Source: Spirochaetaceae bacterium (lineage in GTDB: Bacteria > Spirochaetota > Spirochaetia > DSM-2461). Taken from it: a DNA stretch of 64,000 nucleotides. The position numbers were made by a program, and so were the translations under genes. This document shows, one piece after another, positions 31,223 through 40,826 of the stretch. Every line of letters starts with the position of its first letter. The first letter of the stretch is position 1. The stretch covers positions 96,001 to 160,000 of the forward strand of contig JAOPTT010000004.1 of assembly GCA_051531975.1 (NCBI GenBank). Reading direction: 5' to 3'. Below the pieces are notes generated by a model. That model was not told where the DNA came from. It made no database searches and worked only from the letters and a program-made list of their open reading frames with translations.

Positions 31223-31792
31223 TTAAAGATGCCTCAATAAGAATGTTTTAAAACCATCTGCCATATCCTTGTGTCTATTGTCTCTAATGTTGTAGGACAA
31301 TGAATCTAAAGGGAATCCTTTATGGCGGAAGTTTTTAGGAGTATCTGAGATATAAAACTTTTCTGTAGAAATATCTTCACCTTGGTGTGAGTAAATTTCA
31401 TCATCATTAATAATTAAACATATTGCATTCTGATAATATGCGATTATTTTTCCTCCGTATTGTTTTGCAAGTTTAGAATAGTACTCTATCATCTGCTCAT
31501 CAGTTAACTCTTTTCCGTTCACTCTACGAACATAGGTTCCAGGTTGATGTTCTGGTTTTACATTTTCAAAATAAAGTGCTGAATCACATGCAAAAACTGG
31601 AGTTTTAATAGCTTTATAATAAGCTTTTGCCTTAATTATTGCATTTTCTCGTGGAGTTAGCCCATTCTCTATGATTTTAATATGTGTTGTATCTAAACCA
31701 TTTAATGTGACAATTTTTATACCAGATCCGTCTAACATCTGTTTCATGTGGTCAATTTTTGAGATATTTGTTGTTCCGTATAATACTTCCAT
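31223..31792 (-). CDS. Ham1/ITPase-like non-canonical purine NTP pyrophosphatase family protein
   Basis: GTTNISK, ENG.TPRENAIIKA, CDSAL, PG..VRR; start set at ATG 31792. Confidence 0.75.
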   Translation of the reverse strand: MEVLYGTTNISKIDHMKQMLDGSGIKIVTLNGLDTTHIKIIENGLTPRENAIIKAKAYYKAIKTPVFACDSALYFENVKPEHQPGTYVRRVNGKELTDEQMIEYYSKLAKQYGGKIIAYYQNAICLIINDDEIYSHQGEDISTEKFYISDTPKNFRHKGFPLDSLSYNIRDNRHKDMADGFKTFLLRHL

Positions 31793-31938
31793 ATCCACAA
31801 TTATATATATTAAAAAGTTAATAATACAGCTCAAACTTTTCTTACAATTATGTTATTGCAAATGAGTTCTCTTACATAAATGTTCTATTAAGTAATCAAA
31901 AAGATGCTCTAAGTACATTATTCACCCCTTAAAATATG

Positions 31939-31956
31939 TTGGCATGACTTTTGCAA
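31939..31956 (+). promoter_or_regulatory. sigma54 (-24/-12) promoter of aapJQMP
   Basis: TTGGCATGACTTTTGCAA = GG-N10-GC, matching TGGCAC-N5-TTGCA, 36 nt upstream of the aapJ start. Confidence 0.8.
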
Positions 31957-31991
31957 TATGAGTTGTATACAAACAAAAACTGGAGAAATTT

Positions 31992-33086
31992 ATGTTACGA
32001 GAAAAATTAATGAAATCATTAGTTAAGCTAGTTAGTGTTACAACATTAACATTAGTTTTATTTACATCATGTAGTGGAAAAACTACAGAGGTTACAACTA
32101 CAGAAGCATCTGCACCAGTAATTGAAAAAGAAAAATCAACTCTAGAAATGGTTAAAGAACGTGGGAAAGTTATAGTAGGTGTTACTGCTGGTGTTCCAGG
32201 TTATTCTGCTCCTGATAGTGATGGTAAATGGCAAGGATTTGATGTCGATTTAGCAAAAGCAATTGCAGCGGCTGTATTAGGTGATGCTGAAGCTATTGAG
32301 TGTAGACCATTAAGTGCAAAAGAGAGATTTACAGCACTTCAGTCAGGTGAAATTGATGTTCTAAGTCGTGTAACAACATGGACAGCTTCAAGAGATGCCG
32401 GTTTGGGGCTTAATTTTGCAGGGGTTAACTACTACGATGGTCAAGGTTTTATGGTTTCAAAAGAGTCAGGGATTACATCTTTGGCTGAGTTAGATGGTGC
32501 AACAATTGCAGTTCAAGCTGGAACTACTACTGAACTAAACTTATCAGACTACTTCAGAAAAGAAGGTTTGGACTTTGAGTTAATTGCATTTGAGAAAAAT
32601 GACCAAGCTACTGCTGCATTAGAGGCAGGTAGAGCAGATGCTGTAACTAGTGATCAATCACAGTTGTACGCATTAAGAACTAAATTTAAAAACCCAGATG
32701 ACTTTATTATGTTATCAGAAGTTATATCTAAAGAGCCACTAGGTCCTGTTGTAAGACAAGGGGATGATGAGTGGTTCGATATTGTTAAATGGTCTCTGAT
32801 TGTTATGGTAAATGCAGAAGAGTATGGAGTTACATCAGCTAATGTTGATGAAATGAAAGCATCTAGTACTAACCCAAATGTTAAGAGAATGTTAAGTGTC
32901 GAAGGTAAATTATATGAAGGTTTTGGTTTAGAAGCAGACTGGGCTTATGACATTATTAAGCAAGTTGGTAACTACGGAGAAAGTTTTGATAGAAACCTTG
33001 GAATGGGTTCTCCTCTTAAAATTGATAGAGGTTACAACGCACAATGGAATGAAGGTGGATTACACTACGGAATCCCTTTAAGATAG
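31992..33086 (+). CDS. aapJ: General L-amino acid ABC transporter substrate-binding lipoprotein (AapJ/BztA)
   Basis: GFDVD, RFTALQSGEIDVLSR, YYDGQGF, GTTTELN, ISKEPLGP, VGNYGE. Confidence 0.92.
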   Translation: MLREKLMKSLVKLVSVTTLTLVLFTSCSGKTTEVTTTEASAPVIEKEKSTLEMVKERGKVIVGVTAGVPGYSAPDSDGKWQGFDVDLAKAIAAAVLGDAEAIECRPLSAKERFTALQSGEIDVLSRVTTWTASRDAGLGLNFAGVNYYDGQGFMVSKESGITSLAELDGATIAVQAGTTTELNLSDYFRKEGLDFELIAFEKNDQATAALEAGRADAVTSDQSQLYALRTKFKNPDDFIMLSEVISKEPLGPVVRQGDDEWFDIVKWSLIVMVNAEEYGVTSANVDEMKASSTNPNVKRMLSVEGKLYEGFGLEADWAYDIIKQVGNYGESFDRNLGMGSPLKIDRGYNAQWNEGGLHYGIPLR

Positions 33087-33101
33087 TTTCTTATTTAGTA
33101 G

Positions 33102-33132
33102 ACACCTTTAATCCAGGTTAAAGGTGTTTTTT
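33102..33132 (+). terminator. Intercistronic terminator-like hairpin after aapJ
   Basis: ACACCTTTAA-N6-TTAAAGGTGT followed by a T-run. Confidence 0.7.
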
Positions 33133-33157
33133 ATTACAAAACAGGAGTTCTACTTAC

Positions 33158-34327
33158 ATGAAGAAATTTAATATAAAGAATATATCAATACAGACTGGGA
33201 TAATTATATTCTTGGTTGTACTTTTTATTTTCTTCGCAAATACCTATGCCTATAATATCAATAAAAGAAACATTGGAATCGGGTTTGGATTTCTAGACGA
33301 TACCGCTGGTTTCTCTATCAGTCAGACATTAATAGATTACGATGAGTCTGATACTTTTGGTAGAACATTTTTAGTTGGCCTATTAAATACACTACTTGCA
33401 TCATTTATAGCTATAATTTTAGCTACAATTCTAGGTTTTTTTGTTGGACTTCTTAGAATGTCCAAAAACAAACTTTTAAGCAATATCGCAAAAGGCTATG
33501 TTGAGCTTTTAAGAAACATACCCCCACTTCTGCATGTACTTTTTTGGTACCAGGTTGTGTTTCTAAATATTTTACCTCCATTTAAACAGTCATTTAATCT
33601 TAATAATTGGTTATATATAAATGTTCGAGGGATTACAATTCCTTCCTTCCTTCCAGGGATAAATGCTCCAACTTTTAATATTTTAGTATTTGTTTCTATA
33701 GCAGCTCTGATATATATTTCTAATGTCAAAAAAATTCAGGTTCTTCGAGGTGTTCATAAGGTTTTATGGCCATGGAGAATTATTGTTATTTTAATTCCAG
33801 TAATATTTGCACTTGTTGCGCTGCCATACGAAATACTTTTACCAGAAATGGCAAAATTCAAGTTTAAAAATGGTATGACATTAAGACCTGAGATGTTCTC
33901 TGTTGTAGTAGCTCTTAGTACTTATACATCTACTTACATCTCTGAAATTGTTAGAAGTTCAATAGCCGCAGTTCCAAAAGGGCAGATGGAAGCAGCCAAG
34001 AGTTTAGGATTTAATAACTGGGATAGACTTCGGCTTATTATAGTACCGCAGGCAATGAGAACGATGATACCGCCTGTTACTAATCAGTATTTAAATATTA
34101 TTAAGAATACATCTTTAGGTATGGCTGTTGCTTATCCTGATTTAACTTCGGTATTTGCTGGGACTACTTTAAACCAGACTGGGCGAGCTTTAGAGGTTAT
34201 GTCGTTAGTTATGATTACATATTTAGGAATAAGTCTTTTCACCTCTTTAATAATGAATTGGTATAACAAGTCAATTATTAATAAAAAAGGAGAAATGTTA
34301 AGCAAGGAGGATATTCCCTATGAGTAA
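33158..34327 (+). CDS. aapQ: General L-amino acid ABC transporter permease
   Basis: GFGFL...AGF, GLLNTL, YVELLRNIP, EIVR...V.KGQ.EAA, NQYLN..KNTSL. Confidence 0.9.
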   Translation: MKKFNIKNISIQTGIIIFLVVLFIFFANTYAYNINKRNIGIGFGFLDDTAGFSISQTLIDYDESDTFGRTFLVGLLNTLLASFIAIILATILGFFVGLLRMSKNKLLSNIAKGYVELLRNIPPLLHVLFWYQVVFLNILPPFKQSFNLNNWLYINVRGITIPSFLPGINAPTFNILVFVSIAALIYISNVKKIQVLRGVHKVLWPWRIIVILIPVIFALVALPYEILLPEMAKFKFKNGMTLRPEMFSVVVALSTYTSTYISEIVRSSIAAVPKGQMEAAKSLGFNNWDRLRLIIVPQAMRTMIPPVTNQYLNIIKNTSLGMAVAYPDLTSVFAGTTLNQTGRALEVMSLVMITYLGISLFTSLIMNWYNKSIINKKGEMLSKEDIPYE

Positions 34328-35384
34328 AAATCTTAAAAAGATTAAAACAGATTATTTTAATACTCCAATAAATGGATTTTTCTCCATAGTTGCACTATTT
34401 ATAATTGTGAAATTTGGAATTTGGTTTGTTAACTGGGCTATTTTAGATGCAGTATGGTTTGGGGAAACTCGGGATGTTGCAAATAAAGATGGTGCTACAT
34501 GGGCATTTATTATTAATAAAATAAGATTTTTCATGTTTGGTTTTTTTCCAAAAGAAGAGATCTGGAGGATAATTGTAGCGGGTATACTTATAGTTCTAAG
34601 TTTTATTCCATATTTTATGAAAAGAATTAAACATAAGCTATTTGTATTTGCTGGTCATATGGTTATATGGCCAATAATTATATTGATTTTTCTCTCTGGA
34701 GGTGGAATCTTTTCCGATGTTTCTACAAATGATTGGGGAGGTTTAACCCTTACTTGTATATTGTCATTGTTAGGACTACTTTATTCATTTCCAATTGGTG
34801 TAGGTTTAGCCCTTGCTAGACGAAGTGAACTTCCAGTAATTAGAGGTTTATCAATTGTTTATATTGAGTTTTTTAGGGGTATACCTCTAATAACTATACT
34901 TTTTATGTCTTCAGTTGTTGTTCCATTCTTTTTACCCGATGGTGTTTCGTTGGATAAAATTGTAAGAGTTGTAATTGGGATGACATTTTTTCAATCAGCT
35001 TATTTAGCAGAGGTTATTCGTGGAGGTTTACAAGCTATTCCAAAAGGACAATATGAGGCTGCAGAATCTTTAGGCTTTAAGTTTGGATTTCAATCTTATC
35101 TAATAATATTACCCCAGGTTATAAAAGTTACAATGTCAAATATAGGTGGAATATCAATCTCATTTATTAAAGATACAACACTTGTTTTAATTATTGGAAT
35201 GTTTGATCTATTAGGTATAGTGAATCCATTAGCTAGTGATAGTAATTGGTTAGGAATGGAACCTGAAGGTCTGGTTTTTGCTGGATTTGTTTATTGGGTT
35301 ATATGTTTTATTACATCAAAGATTACTGACAAAGCAGAATACAGATTAAATACAATACCTGAAGTTAGTGGAGAGATTAAATGA
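34320..35384 (+). CDS. aapM: General L-amino acid ABC transporter permease
   Basis: [48 protein letters not shown]. Confidence 0.9.
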   Translation: MSKNLKKIKTDYFNTPINGFFSIVALFIIVKFGIWFVNWAILDAVWFGETRDVANKDGATWAFIINKIRFFMFGFFPKEEIWRIIVAGILIVLSFIPYFMKRIKHKLFVFAGHMVIWPIIILIFLSGGGIFSDVSTNDWGGLTLTCILSLLGLLYSFPIGVGLALARRSELPVIRGLSIVYIEFFRGIPLITILFMSSVVVPFFLPDGVSLDKIVRVVIGMTFFQSAYLAEVIRGGLQAIPKGQYEAAESLGFKFGFQSYLIILPQVIKVTMSNIGGISISFIKDTTLVLIIGMFDLLGIVNPLASDSNWLGMEPEGLVFAGFVYWVICFITSKITDKAEYRLNTIPEVSGEIK

Positions 35385-36142
35385 GTGAAGTTTTAAAAGA
35401 AGACGATAGTATAATTACAATAAATAAATTAAATAAATGGTATGGTGATTTTCATGTTTTAAAGGATGTTGACTTAAAAGTCTCTCCAGGAGAAAAAATT
35501 GTTGTTTGTGGACCTTCTGGTTCTGGGAAATCTACATTAATTAGATGTATTAATCATTTGGAGAAACACCAAAAGGGTTCAATTAATGTTATGGGTCATG
35601 AATTAACTCATGACATTAAAGACATTTCATTAATACGTCAGGAAGTTGGAATGTGTTTCCAAAGTTTTAATCTTTTTCCACATCTTTCTATTCTTGATAA
35701 TTTAACTTTAGCACCTATATGGGTTAGGAAGATTTCAAAAAAAGAAGCAGAAAAAATTGCTTGGAAATATTTAAAACGTGTAAATATTGCTGAGCATGCC
35801 TTAAAATTTCCATCTCAATTATCTGGAGGACAGCAACAGAGAGCTGCTATAGCCAGAAGTTTATGCATGCAACCTGAAATTATGCTATTTGATGAACCTA
35901 CATCTGCATTAGATCCGGAAATGGTAAATGAAGTATTAGATGTAATGGTATCCTTAGCAGAAGAGGGTATGACAATGATTGTTGTTACCCATGAGATGGG
36001 TTTTGCCCGGAGAGTTGCAGACCATGTCATCTTTATGGATGAGGGTAGAATAGTTGAGAGACAAGTACCTGAAAAGTTCTTCAAAAATCCTGAAAATGAG
36101 AGAACTATAGAATTTCTAAAGCAGATACACGCAATTTCATAA
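35381..36142 (+). CDS. aapP: Amino acid ABC transporter ATP-binding protein
   Basis: [38 protein letters not shown]. Confidence 0.93.
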   Translation: MSEVLKEDDSIITINKLNKWYGDFHVLKDVDLKVSPGEKIVVCGPSGSGKSTLIRCINHLEKHQKGSINVMGHELTHDIKDISLIRQEVGMCFQSFNLFPHLSILDNLTLAPIWVRKISKKEAEKIAWKYLKRVNIAEHALKFPSQLSGGQQQRAAIARSLCMQPEIMLFDEPTSALDPEMVNEVLDVMVSLAEEGMTMIVVTHEMGFARRVADHVIFMDEGRIVERQVPEKFFKNPENERTIEFLKQIHAIS

Positions 36143-36183
36143 TAGTTAAGGCTAAATCTTCTAATGGATTTAGCCTTAACTAT
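36142..36183 (+). terminator. Long hairpin after aapP
   Basis: Perfect 17-bp inverted repeat ATAGTTAAGGCTAAATC-N8-GATTTAGCCTTAACTAT. Confidence 0.75.
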
Positions 36184-36199
36184 GTGGTAAAATGCTATT

Positions 36200-36376
36200 A
36201 TGAATGAAAAAATTGGACAATCTTTAATTCGATTAGATCTTTTATCTTTTGACCAAGCTGAAGAAGTTCTTAGAGTTCAACAGGAAGAACCCCATAGAAT
36301 ATTTGGTGATATCGCAATGTCTCTTGGGTATATTAGCAGTGATGATTTAGACGGTTTTATCGATAATAGTAAGTAA
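36200..36376 (+). CDS. 58-aa stand-alone MshEN-like (putative c-di-GMP-binding) microprotein; absent from the ORF track
   Basis: Own translation MNEKIGQSLIRLDLLSFDQAEEVLRVQQEEPHRIFGDIAMSLGYISSDDLDGFIDNSK; TGG-TAAAAT -10 box 6 nt before ATG. Confidence 0.72.
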   Translation: MNEKIGQSLIRLDLLSFDQAEEVLRVQQEEPHRIFGDIAMSLGYISSDDLDGFIDNSK

Positions 36377-36418
36377 TATTGTTAGCCATGTATTATACTA
36401 CTATTAAGAGGTTTAAAA

Positions 36419-36652
36419 ATGAAAAGATTTACATGTAAAGAGATCATGAATGGTGAAGGTGGCTGCGATAAAGTATTTGAAGCAGAAACAGCTATGGACA
36501 TATCAAAAATAAGTTCTGGCCACTTTATGGAAACTACAGATGAAGCCCATAAACCTATGAGGGATATGATGACCACCGGGCATAGTAAAGAAGAGGCGGA
36601 CAAATGGTGGGCATGGTTTAGTGCCGAGTGGGATAAAAAAGAACTTAGTTAA
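36419..36652 (+). CDS. Small DUF1059-like protein
   Basis: MK.FTCKE..GGCD..FEAET...H pattern; AAGAGG RBS. Confidence 0.65.
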   Translation: MKRFTCKEIMNGEGGCDKVFEAETAMDISKISSGHFMETTDEAHKPMRDMMTTGHSKEEADKWWAWFSAEWDKKELS

Positions 36653-37862
36653 GTTTATCTACTATTAACTTTGATGTGGAGAATGCTGCCTGGATGTTAT
36701 AACCTCCAGTATCTCCATCTATATCCATAATTTCTCCAGCTAAAAAAAGACCAGGTAAAATTTTAGATTCCATAGTTTTTCTATCAATCTCAGTTATATC
36801 TACTCCACCTGCAGTAACCATTGAAGCGTTAAATCCTAGTTTTGATGATACTTTAAATGGGAAGCTTAATAGATGGTTCACAAGTTTACTTTTAACCTTC
36901 TTATTTAACTCTTTTCCAGTTGAAGTTGAAGGGATATCTAGATAACTACACAAACTTTCTACCATAGATGCTGTTAACCCCAACTCTTTTAGAATTTTTT
37001 TAATAGTAATCTTTGATGCACTGTTTAGGATTTGCATTATTTCAGTTCTTTTTTCTTCTTTATTATTGCAACTGATTATAGATACAGCTAAAAGATCGGC
37101 TTTATCTATAAATCTAGAGTTATTTAATATACCTGGACCTGAAAGACCATGATGGGTAAATAGAACATCTCCGGTTTTTTGTAGATATCTTTTAGTTTCC
37201 GAATTTCTAAAAAATTCTATATTTGATCCCTTTACAGAACTACCAGATAGATTTTTAAATGGATAGTTTTCAACTTTTATACCAACTAATGCTTGGGTTG
37301 GATCTATGATTTTATGACCTAGGGATTTTGCTAAAATATAACCTGAGCCATCTGAACCAGTTTCAGGATATGACTTACCTCCGGTTGCTAATACAATATT
37401 TTTTGCTTTATAATTATCAGTACCACAGTTTACAATAAAACAGTCTGATTGCTTTTGTATAGAAAGAACTTTACTGTTATATTTGATTAAAGTACCATTT
37501 TTACTAATTTCTCGTTGTAAAAAATCAATTACAGTTTGGGCTTTTAATGTCTCCGGGAAAACTTTACCATCATCTCTGATTTCTAGCCCTAATCCAATTG
37601 ATTTTAACCAATCTCTATTAGCCTTAGTTGGGAAATTTAGCAGTGCCGCTTTTAAAAAATTACTTTTCTTTTTATCTCCAAACCGGGTTAAAAAGTCCTC
37701 TGTAGAGTCCATGTTTGTTATATTACACATGCCTCCACCAGTTATTAGAATCTTTTGCCCTAGACGTTTCCCACCTTCAATAAGTAGGTTTTTTCCACTA
37801 GTTAAGTTCGCCGCAGTAAAAAGTCCTGCAGCACCACCACCAATTATTATCGTTTTATACAA
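36645..37862 (-). CDS. HI0933/YhiN (BaiN-like) family flavoprotein
   Basis: GGGAAG, GQKILITGGGMCNITN, GKVFP, ATGGKSYP.TGSDGSGY, FTH.GLSGP, TGGYNIQ. Confidence 0.92.
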   Translation of the reverse strand: MYKTIIIGGGAAGLFTAANLTSGKNLLIEGGKRLGQKILITGGGMCNITNMDSTEDFLTRFGDKKKSNFLKAALLNFPTKANRDWLKSIGLGLEIRDDGKVFPETLKAQTVIDFLQREISKNGTLIKYNSKVLSIQKQSDCFIVNCGTDNYKAKNIVLATGGKSYPETGSDGSGYILAKSLGHKIIDPTQALVGIKVENYPFKNLSGSSVKGSNIEFFRNSETKRYLQKTGDVLFTHHGLSGPGILNNSRFIDKADLLAVSIISCNNKEEKRTEIMQILNSASKITIKKILKELGLTASMVESLCSYLDIPSTSTGKELNKKVKSKLVNHLLSFPFKVSSKLGFNASMVTAGGVDITEIDRKTMESKILPGLFLAGEIMDIDGDTGGYNIQAAFSTSKLIVDKLN

Positions 37863-37864
37863 AA

Positions 37865-39118
37865 TTAGACCCTTTTAATGTAAATTCTAGAGTTTCTCTC
37901 AGAGTTATAAATATCCTGTTTCCACTCTGGTAGATCCTCTATTGTTCCTTTTTGGAAACCAATAGACTCAAACCAGTCAGAGGTTCTTGTTGTTAATACA
38001 AAAAACGTTTTGATACCTGTTTCTGTACCTTTTGTTATTAGGTATTCAACAATGGCTTTACCTGTACCCATCTTATTAGAGGAAGATGCTGTTGCAAGAC
38101 CTGCAATTTCACCTATATCACCATCTTTTAAGTGAAGTGCACCACAAGCATGTATTTTTTTATCAATTTCATAAACAACATAGTCATCCAATGTGTCTTT
38201 AAACTGATCAACTGTTCTTTTAACAAGTATTCCTTCATTTACAAAAGGCTTCATTAGATTCATCACATCGGTTATATCTTTAGACATCATTGGTCTAATC
38301 TGCTCATATTCGTTGGCATGAATCATTGTTCCAACACCGGTATTAGAAAATATCTCTTTTAAGATTACACCCTCTATTCTGCCATCAACTATATGAACTC
38401 TTTTTACACCATTGTTACAAGCTTCAACACCATAATCTACTAGAGACTTTGTTTCACCTTGATATAATTCAGCTTCATTTAAGTCCATTCTGCTAAGACC
38501 ATTTAATCTTTCGTGTTCTCCTATAAAAAACAACTTACTAGACTTTAGGGTTAAACTAATCGCTGTTGCAAGTTCAGTACTACTTATATTGTATGGTTTA
38601 CCTATTGAGTTCCAGCCTATACATGGAAAAATTGGTACAAGATCATCACCAATAATTTTAAGTAGTGACTCTTTAGAAATCTTATCTACAACTCCTGTTT
38701 CCTGATAATCTACACCATCTAAAACACCCTTTCCTCTAGCATGTACCCAGTTCCCAATAACTGCAGGTATCTTAGATCTGGTTAAAGAAGTCATTACTCT
38801 ATTTGCAACATCAAATGCTGCCATTTTAATAAATGGGATAGTCTCATGGGTTGAGATTCTAATACCATTGTTCATAGTTGTTTTTACATTATATTGCTTT
38901 AAAATTCTATCTATATGATTATGGGCACCAGGGACAATTACAATGTTAATACCAGCATCTTTTAACATTGCTAAATCTTTAATTAATCCATGAAAGTTAT
39001 CACTTTCTAAAATACTATTCTCTATCTGAAAAACAAAAGTTTGTTCCTTAAATCTTCTAGTATAATAAAATACCTCTCTAATTAGATCTACACTCTCTTT
39101 TAATTTATCTCGTTTCAT
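37865..39118 (-). CDS. argA: Amino-acid N-acetyltransferase (AAK + GNAT domains)
   Basis: GVDYQETG, GVKRVHIVDG, EIFSN.GVGTMI, GILVKR, FVLTTRTSDWF. Confidence 0.88.
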   Translation of the reverse strand: MKRDKLKESVDLIREVFYYTRRFKEQTFVFQIENSILESDNFHGLIKDLAMLKDAGINIVIVPGAHNHIDRILKQYNVKTTMNNGIRISTHETIPFIKMAAFDVANRVMTSLTRSKIPAVIGNWVHARGKGVLDGVDYQETGVVDKISKESLLKIIGDDLVPIFPCIGWNSIGKPYNISSTELATAISLTLKSSKLFFIGEHERLNGLSRMDLNEAELYQGETKSLVDYGVEACNNGVKRVHIVDGRIEGVILKEIFSNTGVGTMIHANEYEQIRPMMSKDITDVMNLMKPFVNEGILVKRTVDQFKDTLDDYVVYEIDKKIHACGALHLKDGDIGEIAGLATASSSNKMGTGKAIVEYLITKGTETGIKTFFVLTTRTSDWFESIGFQKGTIEDLPEWKQDIYNSERNSRIYIKRV

Positions 39119-40365
39119 AGGTTTCCTTTTTTTAAGAAGTAGCTGTCCAGCATATCCTGTTCAAATTCTTCATTTGAGCTATATTCTCTATTAAATACAT
39201 CCATCCAGAGTTTTTTATCCTCCATACACATGTAAAAAAATACATCCCTATGCCATTTATCGAAGGAATTGTATAAAAAGCTGAACATTTTATTCTTAAT
39301 ATCGTAGGTATATGACTGTTTCCCCTCTGCATCGGCTAAAGGAATCTGTAAAATCTTGGATTTGAAGTTTCTACTTCTAATCTGTTTAATAACTGGCTTT
39401 ATAAAAGTTAAAGTACCAATGGATATTAAAGCTACCATTTGGGAGTTAAAATTATCCATTATCTTTGTGGCTATTTCCTTGTATTCATTTTCCCATCCAG
39501 TGTAATAAACCATAGGGTGAAAGTGGAAGCCAACTAATATTCCCTTATCATGTATCTGCTTTGCTGCTTCTAATCTTTCAGATAATGATGATGTTAAATG
39601 TTCCTCGTTATCTATAACTGTTTGCGTATTTAACGACCATGTACAAATTATATTTTTAGGAACCTGACACTCTAGTAGATACTTTATGTTGTTCGACTTA
39701 GTTTTAAGTTCCAATATTACATTAGGGTTCTCTCTGGCAAAGTTAAATAGGTGCTTTAAATTATCTTCTCTATTACCCCACATCAGAGAGTCGGAAGATT
39801 GCCCTGTACCAATATGATACCTTTTATTAGAGTCTAGTTCTAAATTATCTAACTTCAATTTAAGGTTCTTTTCAAAGAGGATTTTTCCACCTTTATAAAA
39901 AGACTGGATTGTACAATAACTACAGTCATAACCACAGTTAATAACAGAATCTAATGTTTTTAAATTACAACACCTTGTTTTATCCGATGCTACCGGACAG
40001 TCTCCTAAAATGGTTCTATCCTCTTTAATATCTACAAACTTAATATCATCTTTTTTATAATCCGATAGGGGAGTGAATCCCTGGTAATCTGTGGGTTCAT
40101 TCTTTAGTTTTAACCAGGTCTCTTTTACAATCCCAGTCATGTAAGCATTCAGAGCTTTATCTTTTAATTCTGACTCTGCTTTTGGCCAGTAAAACTCTAA
40201 AGCTTCCTCATCCCAGGACTCTAGGTCTATAGATATATCTATTAATTGTTTAATATCCTGATACGATAATCTAAACTCGCTAGCAACATTAGTGATAAAT
40301 AATCTGTTAATTCCCCCTAGCCTTAGCCAGGGTTTTGTATCAAAAAACTGGGATATTTTACTCAT
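39115..40365 (-). CDS. Spore photoproduct lyase-like radical SAM protein
   Basis: CGYDCSYC radical-SAM motif, GTGQSSDSL, LELKTKS, WSLN, GFHFHP, CME. Confidence 0.78.
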   Translation of the reverse strand: MSKISQFFDTKPWLRLGGINRLFITNVASEFRLSYQDIKQLIDISIDLESWDEEALEFYWPKAESELKDKALNAYMTGIVKETWLKLKNEPTDYQGFTPLSDYKKDDIKFVDIKEDRTILGDCPVASDKTRCCNLKTLDSVINCGYDCSYCTIQSFYKGGKILFEKNLKLKLDNLELDSNKRYHIGTGQSSDSLMWGNREDNLKHLFNFARENPNVILELKTKSNNIKYLLECQVPKNIICTWSLNTQTVIDNEEHLTSSLSERLEAAKQIHDKGILVGFHFHPMVYYTGWENEYKEIATKIMDNFNSQMVALISIGTLTFIKPVIKQIRSRNFKSKILQIPLADAEGKQSYTYDIKNKMFSFLYNSFDKWHRDVFFYMCMEDKKLWMDVFNREYSSNEEFEQDMLDSYFLKKGNL

Positions 40366-40607
40366 TAGCCAATTTTAAACTGTTTTAGATTTCTATGCTA
40401 TATCAGGATATTTAAAACATACTAATATTCTGTATTCAGTTTTTTAAAAACACCTTACTTGGATATAACATATAAGAAGTCATATCGTTGTAAAGTTTAT
40501 TCATATATCGGGTATAAGTATGATTTACTGTTAAAGTTATAGTACTTTCGGCTGATATTGTTCAATTAAAACTTTATATGTGTATTTAGGGTAACTATAT
40601 ATAAGTC

Positions 40608-40675
40608 ATAGGGAAAATCCCTATATGAAATGAAGAGTCTGCCTCATATACGGATAAACTATCGGATGGTATATT
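40608..40675 (+). promoter_or_regulatory. Copy 1 promoter: palindrome box 1 (40608-40624), box 2 ATGA-N10-TCAT (40630-40647), extended -10 TGg-TATATT (40670-40675)
   Basis: Read directly; spacing identical in all three copies. Confidence 0.75.
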
Positions 40676-40681
40676 TAGAAC

Positions 40682-40818
40682 ATATTAAAAAGTAATAAAA
40701 ATAAAGTTAATTAAAAAAAGGTTTTTGTTTTTATTTAAAAAAGTAAGATTAAAGTGAATTGAAAAAAGTAAAAGTTTATTTAAAAGTTGAGGGTTTGTAA
40801 TGGTACAAACCCTTTTTT
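40682..40818 (+). ncRNA. Putative small RNA, copy 1 (~137 nt; 7 AAAGU motifs; no C in the body upstream of the terminator)
   Basis: Lies between the -10 box and an intrinsic terminator; no RBS-led ORF; TSS inferred. Confidence 0.65.
40790..40818 (+). terminator. Intrinsic terminator, copy 1
   Basis: AGGGTTTGTA-atgg-TACAAACCCT + T-run. Confidence 0.85.
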
Positions 40819-40826
40819 ATTTATAA

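Larger units (their letters stand above)
40608..40818 (+). repeat. Dispersed intergenic element, copy 1 (operator-promoter-sRNA-terminator unit)
   Basis: Aligns colinearly with 41488-41713 and 46935-47159. Confidence 0.93.

Noticed and set aside
31807..31822. ATATTAAAAAGTTAAT resembling the 5' end of the putative sRNAs (fourth copy?)
   Set aside because: No box 1, box 2, repeated body or terminator; explicable as a chance match in AT-rich promoter DNA.
31223..31834. Ham1-like gene as a pseudogene (no C-terminal SHR motif)
   Set aside because: The frame is intact with a plausible promoter; more likely a divergent subfamily, and this cannot be decided without alignments.
3816..40365. DpaA-like and SPL-like genes as evidence of a sporulation programme
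   Set aside because: They are 35 kb apart in unrelated operons, dpaB is absent, and no other sporulation genes are visible.
40421..40536. Second sigma28-like -10 (CCCGATAT, minus strand) and a ~27-codon ORF upstream of copy 1
   Set aside because: No acceptable -35 at the right spacing, the ATG abuts the putative -10, and there is no RBS.
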